A DNA stretch of 43,345 nt from Clostridia bacterium (GTDB lineage: Bacteria; Bacillota; Clostridia; Christensenellales; Borkfalkiaceae): contig JAFVDA010000028.1 in assembly GCA_017478765.1 (NCBI GenBank), positions 1 through 43,345 on the forward strand, read 5' to 3'. This document shows, piece after piece, positions 7,913-15,807 of this stretch (position 1 is the first letter of the stretch; every line of letters starts with the position of its first letter). The position numbers and the translations under genes are program-made. Below the pieces are notes generated by a model that did not search any database, had not been told where the DNA came from, and was given only the letters and a program-made list of their open reading frames with translations.

Positions 7913-8332
7913 CCTTTTTCAACAGTTATCTACATTCAATTAAACTAAATGTTGATATTTTTGTTTATAAACCGACTGCTTATAAAAATGTTTGACCGTT
8001 TGGTAAAAATATTATATAATATATTTGATTTTGCACGCATTTTATTATATAATAATTTAAGTAATAAATATAAAGGTTTTGACCGCCGAATATAAAACTT
8101 AGAAACAGTCAACTTAAAGTTATTGACAGTTTTTAACCTTTCTAAACAATCGTTAAACAATTTTTTAACAGGATTTCAACATTGATTTTTTGATTTATTT
8201 CAAAAAAATCGGTGATATAACGAGTAGTTTTTCGGTTATCAAAACTTTTATCAACAATTTAACAGCACACTACTACTTCTACTACTTAAATAATAAAAAA
8301 TATATTTAATCATCAAAGGGAGAGAGCCCAAA
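7913..8332. other. AT-rich intergenic region, candidate oriC
   Basis: Gene orientation switches here: everything is on the minus strand to the left and on the plus strand for the next 11 kb. It contains long A/T runs. One-mismatch DnaA boxes are TTATCTACA (7926-7934) and TTATCAACA (8248-8256), plus several 2-mismatch boxes. Confidence 0.4.
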
Positions 8333-9436
8333 ATGAAAACCATCGTAAAAGCAATAGATCTGTCGAACGCAGTAAGTAAGGTCGTCAAAGCCGTAAGCGC
8401 TAAATCGCCCAACCAACTGCTCGAAGGCATTAAGTTAAGCTGTAAGGGTGATAGCCTTACTCTTACCGCTACCGATACCGAGATCGCCATTGAAAAGACC
8501 ATCAGGTGCGAAACGTTTATGGAAGGCGAAACGGTAGTTCCCGGAAGACTGTTTGCCGAATTTACAAAAAAACTCGAAACGGAAGACGATATCGAACTTA
8601 CGCTTTTGGACGATAACAGGTTGAAAATATCCTATTCGAGTTCGGAAAGTATTTTGCAGGCGCTTCCCGCAAACGAATTTCCTATAATTAAAAAGGACGT
8701 CAACCGTAATAGTTTCGTTATAAAACAAAAGGCGTTCAAGGATCTTATTTTAAGCACCGTATTCGCCTGCTCGCAGGACGATTCGAGACCTATACTTAAA
8801 GGTTGTCTATTAGAACTTGAAGGCGATAAATTGACCTGCGTAGCGCTCGACGGGTTCCGTCTTGCGGTATGTAAGAGAACTGTTTCCGACGCTACCGGTA
8901 ACGTCAAGGCGATAGTTCCTTCAAGGGCTTTACTCGAGATCACCCGTCTTATCGAAAAGGACGAAGATATGGTGACCGTCGTCATTCAGGACAACTCTTT
9001 GATGATAGACGTAGATAATACCGTATTCACCACGAGGCTTTTGGAAGGCGAATATATCGAATATAAAAAGATCGTTCCGCAAAACTATCTGACCACCTTC
9101 AAGGCAAATAAACAAGCCATGTATACGTCCATCGAAAGGGCTTCCATTTTGGCGAAGGTAATGAAGAACATCGTCAAGTTCGACGTTAAGGAAACGGGCG
9201 TAGATATTTCTTCCGATTCGGAATTCGGCGCTGTCAAGGAAACGGTTTTGATTACTTTGGAAGGAAAGGATATAACCATCGCTTTCAATTCGAGATATAT
9301 TCTCGACTGTTTAAGAGTTATAAACGACGAGTTTATCAACTTCAACTTAAACTCTCCCATATCGCCCTGCGTTATAAAATCCACTTCCGACGACGAATAT
9401 TTATATCTTATTCTTCCCGTCAGACTCAATCAATGA
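8333..9436 (+). CDS. dnaN: DNA polymerase III beta sliding clamp
   Basis: 367 aa with a three-domain clamp pattern. The N-terminus reads MKTIVKAIDLSNAVSKVVKAVSAKSPNQLLEGIKL. SD AGGGAGAG is present. Confidence 0.93.
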   Translation: MKTIVKAIDLSNAVSKVVKAVSAKSPNQLLEGIKLSCKGDSLTLTATDTEIAIEKTIRCETFMEGETVVPGRLFAEFTKKLETEDDIELTLLDDNRLKISYSSSESILQALPANEFPIIKKDVNRNSFVIKQKAFKDLILSTVFACSQDDSRPILKGCLLELEGDKLTCVALDGFRLAVCKRTVSDATGNVKAIVPSRALLEITRLIEKDEDMVTVVIQDNSLMIDVDNTVFTTRLLEGEYIEYKKIVPQNYLTTFKANKQAMYTSIERASILAKVMKNIVKFDVKETGVDISSDSEFGAVKETVLITLEGKDITIAFNSRYILDCLRVINDEFINFNLNSPISPCVIKSTSDDEYLYLILPVRLNQ

Positions 9437-9493
9437 TTTTTATATTTCAAACGGCGATAATATAGTATAAATTGAAAAACGTATAAAATAAAC

Positions 9494-9522
9494 TTGACAA
9501 AAAAACTAATAAAAAGTAAAAT
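9494..9522 (+). promoter_or_regulatory. Sigma-A type promoter upstream of rpmH
   Basis: TTGACA, a 17-nt spacer, then TAAAAT. This implies a leader of about 115 nt. Confidence 0.55.
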
Positions 9523-9642
9523 TGTTAGGCAATATTGATTAAAATAAATATTTGAATTATTCGTTTGTTCAGTCCTTTTTCCCCTTATTTTCCGTTTTGG
9601 GCGGCAAACGAGAATTACAATAAATAAATTTTGGAGTGAATT

Positions 9643-9777
9643 ATGAAAAGAACTTATCAACCTAAAAAGAGACAAAGATCCAAAGTACACGGTTTCAGAA
9701 AAAGAATGGCAACCAAGAACGGCAGAAACGTACTTAAGAGAAGAAGAGCCAAAGGTCGTCATAAACTTTCGGCATAA
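9643..9777 (+). CDS. rpmH: 50S ribosomal protein L34
   Basis: My own translation gives [44 protein letters not shown] (44 aa), which is below the size cutoff of the ORF track. SD GGAGTG is present. Confidence 0.95.
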   Translation: MKRTYQPKKRQRSKVHGFRKRMATKNGRNVLKRRRAKGRHKLSA

Positions 9778-9785
9778 TTGATATT

Positions 9786-10112
9786 TTGAACAGATTAAAA
9801 CGTCTTTGCGACTTTGATTTGGTTTTTTCAAAAGGAAAGAGAGTTTACGCTAAATCTCTATGTATGATTTACGTAAAAAAATCGCAAATATCACGCATTG
9901 GAATTTCCGTTAGTAAAAAGCATGGCAAAGCCGTTATGAGAAACCGAATAAAAAGGCTTTTAAGGGCGGTATATTATCCTTTATACGAGAGTATAAAAAA
10001 GGGTTATTATATCGTGTTTATTCCAAAAGTCAATTCGGAATACTCTTTCGGACAGTTCAGTTGCGACGTTCTCTACGTTCTGAAAAAAGAAAATCTTTTG
10101 ATCGATGCTTAA
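9786..10112 (+). CDS. rnpA: Ribonuclease P protein component
   Basis: 108 aa and basic. It lies directly after rpmH, has a TTG start, and begins LKRLCDFDLVFSKGKRVY. Confidence 0.85.
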   Translation: MNRLKRLCDFDLVFSKGKRVYAKSLCMIYVKKSQISRIGISVSKKHGKAVMRNRIKRLLRAVYYPLYESIKKGYYIVFIPKVNSEYSFGQFSCDVLYVLKKENLLIDA

Positions 10113-10347
10113 TAAATTATTTATTAAACTTGTCGAATTTTATAAAAAAAACGTGTCGGGCGGATTGAAAACTTCATGTTGCTTTACGCCGACTTGCAGT
10201 AGTTACGCTATCGACGCATTGAAAAAGTATTCTTTTTTTCACGCTTTTTACTTGATAATATTCAGATTGCTTCGCTGTAATGGGTTTTCTAAAGGGGGGC
10301 TGGATCCCGTTCCCGATAAAAAGAGCGACCTAAAATGGCTGGTTTGA
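10105..10347 (+). CDS. yidD: Membrane protein insertion efficiency factor YidD
   Basis: Contains the motifs CCFTPTCSSYAIDA ... RLLRCNGFSKGGLDPVP. Confidence 0.9.
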   Translation: MLNKLFIKLVEFYKKNVSGGLKTSCCFTPTCSSYAIDALKKYSFFHAFYLIIFRLLRCNGFSKGGLDPVPDKKSDLKWLV

Positions 10348-10409
10348 CTTTTCAGCGCGGCTTTCAACGTATATAAATCATAATATAATAAAACGGATTT
10401 TATTTAAGG

Positions 10410-10446
10410 GCGTAGATAACGTGATTTTTATCTTCGCTCTTTTTTC
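10410..10446 (+). terminator. Terminator/attenuator-like hairpin between yidD and yidC
   Basis: GCGTAGATA and TATCTTCGC form a 9-bp stem with one mismatch, followed by TCTTTTTT. Confidence 0.4.
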
Positions 10447-10496
10447 GTGTTTTTGAACCGAATTTGATTTTAATTTAATAATAAAAGAGGATTTTA

Positions 10497-12440
10497 ATGT
10501 TTAATCTATTATCGGCTTCCGTGCAAGTCAATATTTTCAGCGGATTCGGATCCATTCAACTCGACTGGATAGGTAACATCATTAAATCGCTGATAGAAGG
10601 TGTGGGAAGCATAGGCGTAGGCATAATCGTCTTTACGCTTATTCTTAAACTTATAACCCTTCCTTTCGACATTATGTCGAGAGTTTCTAATAAGAAAAAT
10701 TCCTTAAAAATGAAGCGTATGCGCCCGCAACTGGAAAAATTGCAGCGTCAATACGCCAACGATAAGGAACTTTATAATCAGAAGATGAGAGCCTTGTATA
10801 AAAAGGAAGGCTACTCGATGTTTTCCACTTGCTTGCCGACCATAATCACCATGGTCATCTTTATTTTGGTAATCGGTCAGTTTTCGGCTTATTCGAGATA
10901 CGCAAATCTATCTCTTATAAACAGTCTGTCAAATTCCTATACCGACGCCGTAGTTAAATACGCGGAAGATAATTCCGAATACTTTACGATCAACTACACT
11001 ACCGACGATAATGGTAACAAAAAGGTTTCGACCTTATTCGTAAACGATAAATTGCTCGGCAGCGAATATTGCGACGATCTTAGCGGTATAGTTAGAACGG
11101 ACAAGGTAAACGTAAAAGCAAATTCACTTGCTGCGCTTAAAACCTTGGTCGCCGCTTACAACGAAAAAGGTTACGTTGATTACCAAGCGGACAAGATATT
11201 CGTTGAAACGGACGGAAATGTAACTTTTAACTTCGATACGACTTCGGACGGTTTTGATAAGGACGGCAAAAAGAGCGAGTTAAGACAAAAGATCGCTTTG
11301 CTTTTGGGCGTTGCCGAGTCTGATATTCCTTTGGAAGTTTTGACCGATCAAGCGGTCGATAACTATTTGAATACCGTAGTTTCCGAAAGTTTGGTTTGCT
11401 TTGCATACGATAAGCAGGTTGAAAATTTCAGCGGCGATCTCGACGATATCGATCCACAAGTTTACGCCGAGAAGTGCGCCGATATTAAAAACGGCGGAAT
11501 GGATATGACCGTTCAGAGCGTTTATAAGACTTCGGATATAGATACGCTCGCCCGCTTGACGGAAAGTAAAAATCAAGCCGGTTTTACGGGTTATATCGCA
11601 AGCCAAAAGTTCACTTTAGTTGAAGAAACTCAAAAATACGTTGTAAGATTCGACGGTGAAAACAGTTGGTCTAAGTCGGATCTTGCCCGTGAAGTCAAGG
11701 CGCAGGCGCTTAAAATCTACGCTATCGACGCGAGCCGACTTGACCAAGTGAACGTTTCCGATCAAACTATCGAAACGAGAATTAACGAAAAGATGACCGA
11801 GGCTATTTTGTCCTACGAGATGAATAACTTCGTAGATTCTGTTATTAAGCCCATCGGCAGAAACGCCGCTAAGGACGCGTTTTACACGGATACCTATAAA
11901 TCCCGCGAATTTTTGTGGGTCAAAAACCTTTGGGTGCCCGATCTTCCCTGGAGAAACCCCGTTTACACGAGTCTGGATAAATACGACTTCTATAACCAGT
12001 TGGACGAGGGCAATAAAGCGAAAACCGCCGAGTTTGCCGAGATAACGGCAGGGCTCGAAGAAGAAAAGACGCAAGCAAACGGTTACCTTATTCTCGTAGT
12101 TTTGTCTATCGGAATAATGCTTTTGTCGCAACTTATCGCAAACAGAGCGCAAAAAGATCAACTGGAACTTCAATCGGTCGACGGCGGAGCGGCGCAGTCT
12201 TCAAAGATGATGATGTGGATGATGCCGATAATGTTCGGATTCTTCGCATTCATCTATACGGCGTCCTTCTCAATCTACATGATCGTAAGTTCGGCAACTT
12301 CCGTTTTGTCAACGCTTATTATCAACTTCTTCGTTGAGAGAAGTTTCAATAAGCAGATGGAACAGGAAGAGATGGAAAACGACAAGCGTTTCAAGCCTAC
12401 GGAAAACCAAGGTCCCAACAAAAACAAAAAAAGAAAATAA
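10497..12440 (+). CDS. yidC: YidC/Oxa1-family membrane insertase with a large (~340 aa) internal insertion
   Basis: The core elements are present: TM GIIVFTLILKLITLPF, the amphipathic region KMKRMRPQLEKLQRQYANDKE, TM CLPTIITMVIFILVIG, then FLWVKNLWVPDLPW and C-terminal TMs with a basic tail. At 647 aa it is far longer than a typical Firmicutes YidC (~260-290 aa). Confidence 0.85.
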   Translation: MFNLLSASVQVNIFSGFGSIQLDWIGNIIKSLIEGVGSIGVGIIVFTLILKLITLPFDIMSRVSNKKNSLKMKRMRPQLEKLQRQYANDKELYNQKMRALYKKEGYSMFSTCLPTIITMVIFILVIGQFSAYSRYANLSLINSLSNSYTDAVVKYAEDNSEYFTINYTTDDNGNKKVSTLFVNDKLLGSEYCDDLSGIVRTDKVNVKANSLAALKTLVAAYNEKGYVDYQADKIFVETDGNVTFNFDTTSDGFDKDGKKSELRQKIALLLGVAESDIPLEVLTDQAVDNYLNTVVSESLVCFAYDKQVENFSGDLDDIDPQVYAEKCADIKNGGMDMTVQSVYKTSDIDTLARLTESKNQAGFTGYIASQKFTLVEETQKYVVRFDGENSWSKSDLAREVKAQALKIYAIDASRLDQVNVSDQTIETRINEKMTEAILSYEMNNFVDSVIKPIGRNAAKDAFYTDTYKSREFLWVKNLWVPDLPWRNPVYTSLDKYDFYNQLDEGNKAKTAEFAEITAGLEEEKTQANGYLILVVLSIGIMLLSQLIANRAQKDQLELQSVDGGAAQSSKMMMWMMPIMFGFFAFIYTASFSIYMIVSSATSVLSTLIINFFVERSFNKQMEQEEMENDKRFKPTENQGPNKNKKRK

Positions 12441-12467
12441 TATAATCACCATTTCAGGAGAATTAAA

Positions 12468-13424
12468 ATGAGTAATATTTTTACCGGTAAAACGGTGGAA
12501 GAAGCAAAACAAAACGGTTTGGCTCAAATGAACCTTACCGAAGACGCAGTTGAAGTTTTGGTTATCGAACAAGGTTCGCGCGGATTTTTAGGTATCGGAG
12601 CAAAGCAAGCGAGAGTTCAGCTTATCGTCAAAAAGCCCGAACAACCGACCGAAGTAAAAGCCGAACAAGGTAACCATTCCAAAAAGGTTGATAAGCCAGA
12701 AAGAAAAGACAACCGACCGGAAAAGAAAAAAGCGGAAAAACCCGTTACTGAGCCCGTCGAATTGAAGGAGATCGATAATCCGAGCGAAGACGCCAAGAGA
12801 ACGGTAAAGTTTTTGGAAGGACTTTTAAGTCAGATCAACGTTGAAGGTCAGATCAAAGTCGTTGCCGAATCTGAAGAGAGAGTGGTTTTAGAGATAGTTG
12901 CGAAAGATTCGTCTTCCGTGATAGGTTATCGCGGCGAAGTGCTCGATTCCATGCAGACGATGGCGGGCGCCATCTACAACACCGATAAGGAAAAGTATTT
13001 GAGAGTGGTCGTTGACTGCGAAAATTACAGGGAAAAACGCGAGAGAACGCTTGTGAATCTTGCAAACAAGCTGGCTCAAAAAGCGCTTGCTTCCGGTAGA
13101 AAAATTACTCTCGAACCGATGAATCCGTTTGAAAGAAGAATAATCCATTCGGCACTTATGGACGTTGAAGGCGTCAAGACGGCTTCCGAAGGTAAAGAAC
13201 CCAACAGGTTCGTCGCTATAATCCCCGACGGCTACGATCCGAGCAAAAATCGTAGAAGTAGTGGCAGGTTCGGCGGCAAGGGTAAGGGCGGCAAACCTTA
13301 CAACAAGAAAGGCTCTTCCGGCGGAGAAAGATCGTCTTCTTCCAACGGCGCCGCAAAGAAGTCTGCTTTTTCAGGCGGAGTATTTGTGGGTAACAGCAAA
13401 AAAGACGGAAGCGACAACGGCTAA
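12468..13424 (+). CDS. jag: Jag/KhpB-type RNA-binding protein (Jag_N, KH, R3H) with a Gly/Ser/Lys-rich C-terminal tail
   Basis: Position after yidC. KH-like GYRGEVLDSMQ and R3H ERRIIHSAL are present. Confidence 0.85.
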   Translation: MSNIFTGKTVEEAKQNGLAQMNLTEDAVEVLVIEQGSRGFLGIGAKQARVQLIVKKPEQPTEVKAEQGNHSKKVDKPERKDNRPEKKKAEKPVTEPVELKEIDNPSEDAKRTVKFLEGLLSQINVEGQIKVVAESEERVVLEIVAKDSSSVIGYRGEVLDSMQTMAGAIYNTDKEKYLRVVVDCENYREKRERTLVNLANKLAQKALASGRKITLEPMNPFERRIIHSALMDVEGVKTASEGKEPNRFVAIIPDGYDPSKNRRSSGRFGGKGKGGKPYNKKGSSGGERSSSSNGAAKKSAFSGGVFVGNSKKDGSDNG

Positions 13425-13445
13425 ACCGTAAAACTTAATATTATC

Positions 13446-13490
13446 CCCCGACGTTTATATCGTAAATATAAACTTCGGGGTTTTTCTTTT
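13446..13490 (+). terminator. Rho-independent terminator after jag
   Basis: CCCCGACGTTTATAT / ATATAAACTTCGGGG form a 15-bp stem with one mismatch, followed by TTTTTCTTTT. Confidence 0.7.
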
Positions 13491-13533
13491 GCCGAAAACA
13501 GTTTATAATTATGTTGTAACATACCGATTATTC

Positions 13534-13562
13534 TTGACTAAACAATGTACGAATGTTATAAT
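13534..13562 (+). promoter_or_regulatory. Sigma-A type promoter of the nifS-nifU-rrf2 operon
   Basis: TTGACT, a 17-nt spacer, then TATAAT. Confidence 0.65.
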
Positions 13563-13569
13563 ATAATCA

Positions 13570-13588
13570 ACCTACTAAATAAGTAGGT
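13570..13588. promoter_or_regulatory. Perfect palindrome ACCTACT-N5-AGTAGGT, candidate Rrf2 (IscR-like) operator
   Basis: 7-bp arms with a 5-nt spacer. It begins 8 nt downstream of the -10 hexamer and lies 27 nt upstream of the nifS ATG. Confidence 0.45.
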
Positions 13589-13614
13589 AAATATCTATTA
13601 TTAAAAGGACAGTT

Positions 13615-14799
13615 ATGATATATTTAGATAACGCAGCCACCATGCGAACGAGTGAAGTTGCAATAGACGCCATGATGCCGTATATGAGAACGATATACGG
13701 CAACCCGTCCAGTCTTCACAGCGCAGGTCAACAAGCAAACGAAGCGCTTTTTTCCGCTCGTGAAAAACTTGCCGCGCTCATCGGCGCGACGTTTAAGGAA
13801 GTTTATTTTACGTCGGGAGGAAGCGAATCGGATAATCAAGCCATCATATCCGCTGCAAGAATAGGCGCAAGAAAGGGCAAAAAACATATAATTTCCACTA
13901 AAATCGAACATCACGCGGTGCTTCATACTCTTGAAAAACTTAAAAATAACGGGTTTGAAATAACGCTTCTGGACGTCGGGGAGTCGGGTATAGTGAGCGT
14001 TGAAGACGTAAAAAACGCCATTCGCGACGATACTATTCTCGTATCCGTAATGTACGCCAATAACGAGATAGGTACCGTTCAACCCATAGCGGAAATAGGT
14101 AAGATTTGCCGAGAGAAAGGCGTTTTATTTCATACCGACGCCGTTCAAGCCGTAGGGCATTTGAAAATTGACGTTCAAACGGATAATATAGACCTTATGT
14201 CCATATCGGCGCATAAGTTCGGCGGACCCAAGGGCGTCGGCGCGCTGTACGCGAGAAAGGGGGTTTTGTTGACCTCTTTGATCGAAGGCGGAGCGCAGGA
14301 AAACAATAAGCGCGCGGGAACGGAAAATTTACCCGCTATCGTCGGCATGGTCGCCGCGCTCGAGAAATCGCTTGATGATTTAGATAGAAAAAACGCCTAT
14401 TTGAAAAAACTTCGCGATATGCTTATCGACGGCATTTTGGAAATACCCCACTCGGCGCTTAACGGTGACAGAGAAAAAAGACTGTCAAACAACGCAAGTT
14501 TTTGTTTTGAAGCGATAGAAGGAGAATCTTTATTGCTGCTTTTATCCGATAAGGGTATATGCGCTTCGTCCGGTTCGGCGTGTACGTCCGGCTCTCTCGA
14601 TCCGAGTCACGTTTTATTGGCTATCGGCAGGGTGCACGACGTAGCCCACGGTTCGCTTCGTCTTACTCTGTCTGTCGATAACACAATGGAAGAAGTCGAA
14701 TACGTTATCGCTCAGGTCAAATGGGTGGTTGAATACCTTCGCAATATGTCGCCCGTGTGGAGAGATCTTGTTGAAGGCAAAAGACAGTTTATTTTATAA
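13615..14799 (+). CDS. nifS: Cysteine desulfurase, NifS/IscS type
   Basis: Contains the PLP lysine motif SISAHKFGGPKG and the catalytic loop SSGSACTSG. Confidence 0.92.
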   Translation: MIYLDNAATMRTSEVAIDAMMPYMRTIYGNPSSLHSAGQQANEALFSAREKLAALIGATFKEVYFTSGGSESDNQAIISAARIGARKGKKHIISTKIEHHAVLHTLEKLKNNGFEITLLDVGESGIVSVEDVKNAIRDDTILVSVMYANNEIGTVQPIAEIGKICREKGVLFHTDAVQAVGHLKIDVQTDNIDLMSISAHKFGGPKGVGALYARKGVLLTSLIEGGAQENNKRAGTENLPAIVGMVAALEKSLDDLDRKNAYLKKLRDMLIDGILEIPHSALNGDREKRLSNNASFCFEAIEGESLLLLLSDKGICASSGSACTSGSLDPSHVLLAIGRVHDVAHGSLRLTLSVDNTMEEVEYVIAQVKWVVEYLRNMSPVWRDLVEGKRQFIL

Positions 14800-14813
14800 A
14801 AAAGGAGTTAATT

Positions 14814-15227
14814 ATGGCTTTATACAGTGAAAAGGTAATGGATCACTTCCGCAATCCGAGAAACGTCGGCATTATAGAGAACGCCGACGGCGTCGGCGAA
14901 GTCGGCAACGCAAAATGCGGAGATATAATGAAGATATATTTGAAGATAGACGGCGATATCATCACGGACGTTAAGTTTGAAACCTTTGGGTGCGGCAGCG
15001 CGATAGCCTCGTCGTCAATGGCGACGGAACTTATAAAAGGTAAGCCTTTATCGGAAGCGCTCGAGCTTACGAACAAGGCGGTTGCCGAAGCGCTCGACGG
15101 ACTTCCCGCATACAAAATGCACTGTTCGGTGCTCGCCGAAAGCGCGATTAAGAAGGCTATTTTGGACTATTACAAAAAGAACGGGCGCCCTTATGACGAA
15201 AGCCTGTTCGCCGACATAGACGACTGA
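14814..15227 (+). CDS. nifU: Fe-S cluster assembly scaffold, NifU/IscU type
   Basis: Contains the three conserved Cys contexts GNAKCGD, FGCGSAIASSS and MHCSVLA. Confidence 0.92.
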   Translation: MALYSEKVMDHFRNPRNVGIIENADGVGEVGNAKCGDIMKIYLKIDGDIITDVKFETFGCGSAIASSSMATELIKGKPLSEALELTNKAVAEALDGLPAYKMHCSVLAESAIKKAILDYYKKNGRPYDESLFADIDD

Positions 15228-15254
15228 TTATTTATTATTATAAGGATAAAGTAT

Positions 15255-15659
15255 ATGAAAATTTCTTCAAGGGGGCGTTACGCCCTTCGCGTAATAATCG
15301 ATTTGGCTGAAAACTCTAACGGCGGATATATTCCGCTTAAAGATATCGCGTTAAGGCAGGGTATTTCGCAAAAGTATATCGAAAGCATAATGAGCGCTTT
15401 ATCTAAAGCCGGAAAGGTTGAGGGCGTACACGGCAAGGGAGGCGGATATAAACTCGTTAAAGACGCGTCCGAATACTCTGTCGGCGAGATATTAAAGGTC
15501 ACCGAAGGCGACCTTGCGCCCATAACCTGTCTGGAAGAAAACGCCGCTCCGTGCGACCGCTCGAACGAGTGCCGCACGAGAAATATGTGGAAAAAACTTC
15601 ACGAGATTATTATGGACTATTTCGAGAACGTAAAACTTTCCGACTTAGCGCAAAAGTAA
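15255..15659 (+). CDS. Rrf2-family transcriptional regulator, IscR/CymR-like with a putative Fe-S ligand triad
   Basis: N-terminal wHTH SRGRYALRVIIDLA. Cys triad C-x7-C-x5-C (ITCLEENAAPCDRSNEC). Confidence 0.85.
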   Translation: MKISSRGRYALRVIIDLAENSNGGYIPLKDIALRQGISQKYIESIMSALSKAGKVEGVHGKGGGYKLVKDASEYSVGEILKVTEGDLAPITCLEENAAPCDRSNECRTRNMWKKLHEIIMDYFENVKLSDLAQK

Positions 15660-15690
15660 ATATAATCATACATCGTAAAACTTTATGTGG

Positions 15691-15722
15691 TCAGGGCGCT
15701 TTTAGCGCCCTGAATTTTTATA
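15691..15722 (+). terminator. Rho-independent terminator after rrf2
   Basis: TCAGGGCGCT-TTT-AGCGCCCTGA forms a perfect stem, followed by a T-rich tract. Confidence 0.7.
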
Positions 15723-15807
15723 TTAAATAAAAAAAATTTGAAAATAGTTGCAAAATCAGTGTTGTAATGATACAATTTTATATCATAGAAAAAAAGGATA
15801 TCTATTT

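Noticed and set aside
7945-8160. 71-aa ORF in the rsmG|dnaN gap and the 133-aa ORF 9430-9831 (-) opposite rpmH
   Set aside because: Their translations are AT-rich and low-complexity (K/N/I/F/L-rich) with no SD. The second is antisense to the unmistakable L34 gene and its promoter.
9627-9641. Identical 15-mer AATTTTGGAGTGAAT immediately before the start codons of rpmH (9627-9641) and rplM (36928-36942)
   Set aside because: It is most simply a shared strong SD (GGAGTG) in an AT-rich initiation context of two highly expressed ribosomal protein genes. A single 15-mer pair is near chance expectation and nothing beyond it aligns.
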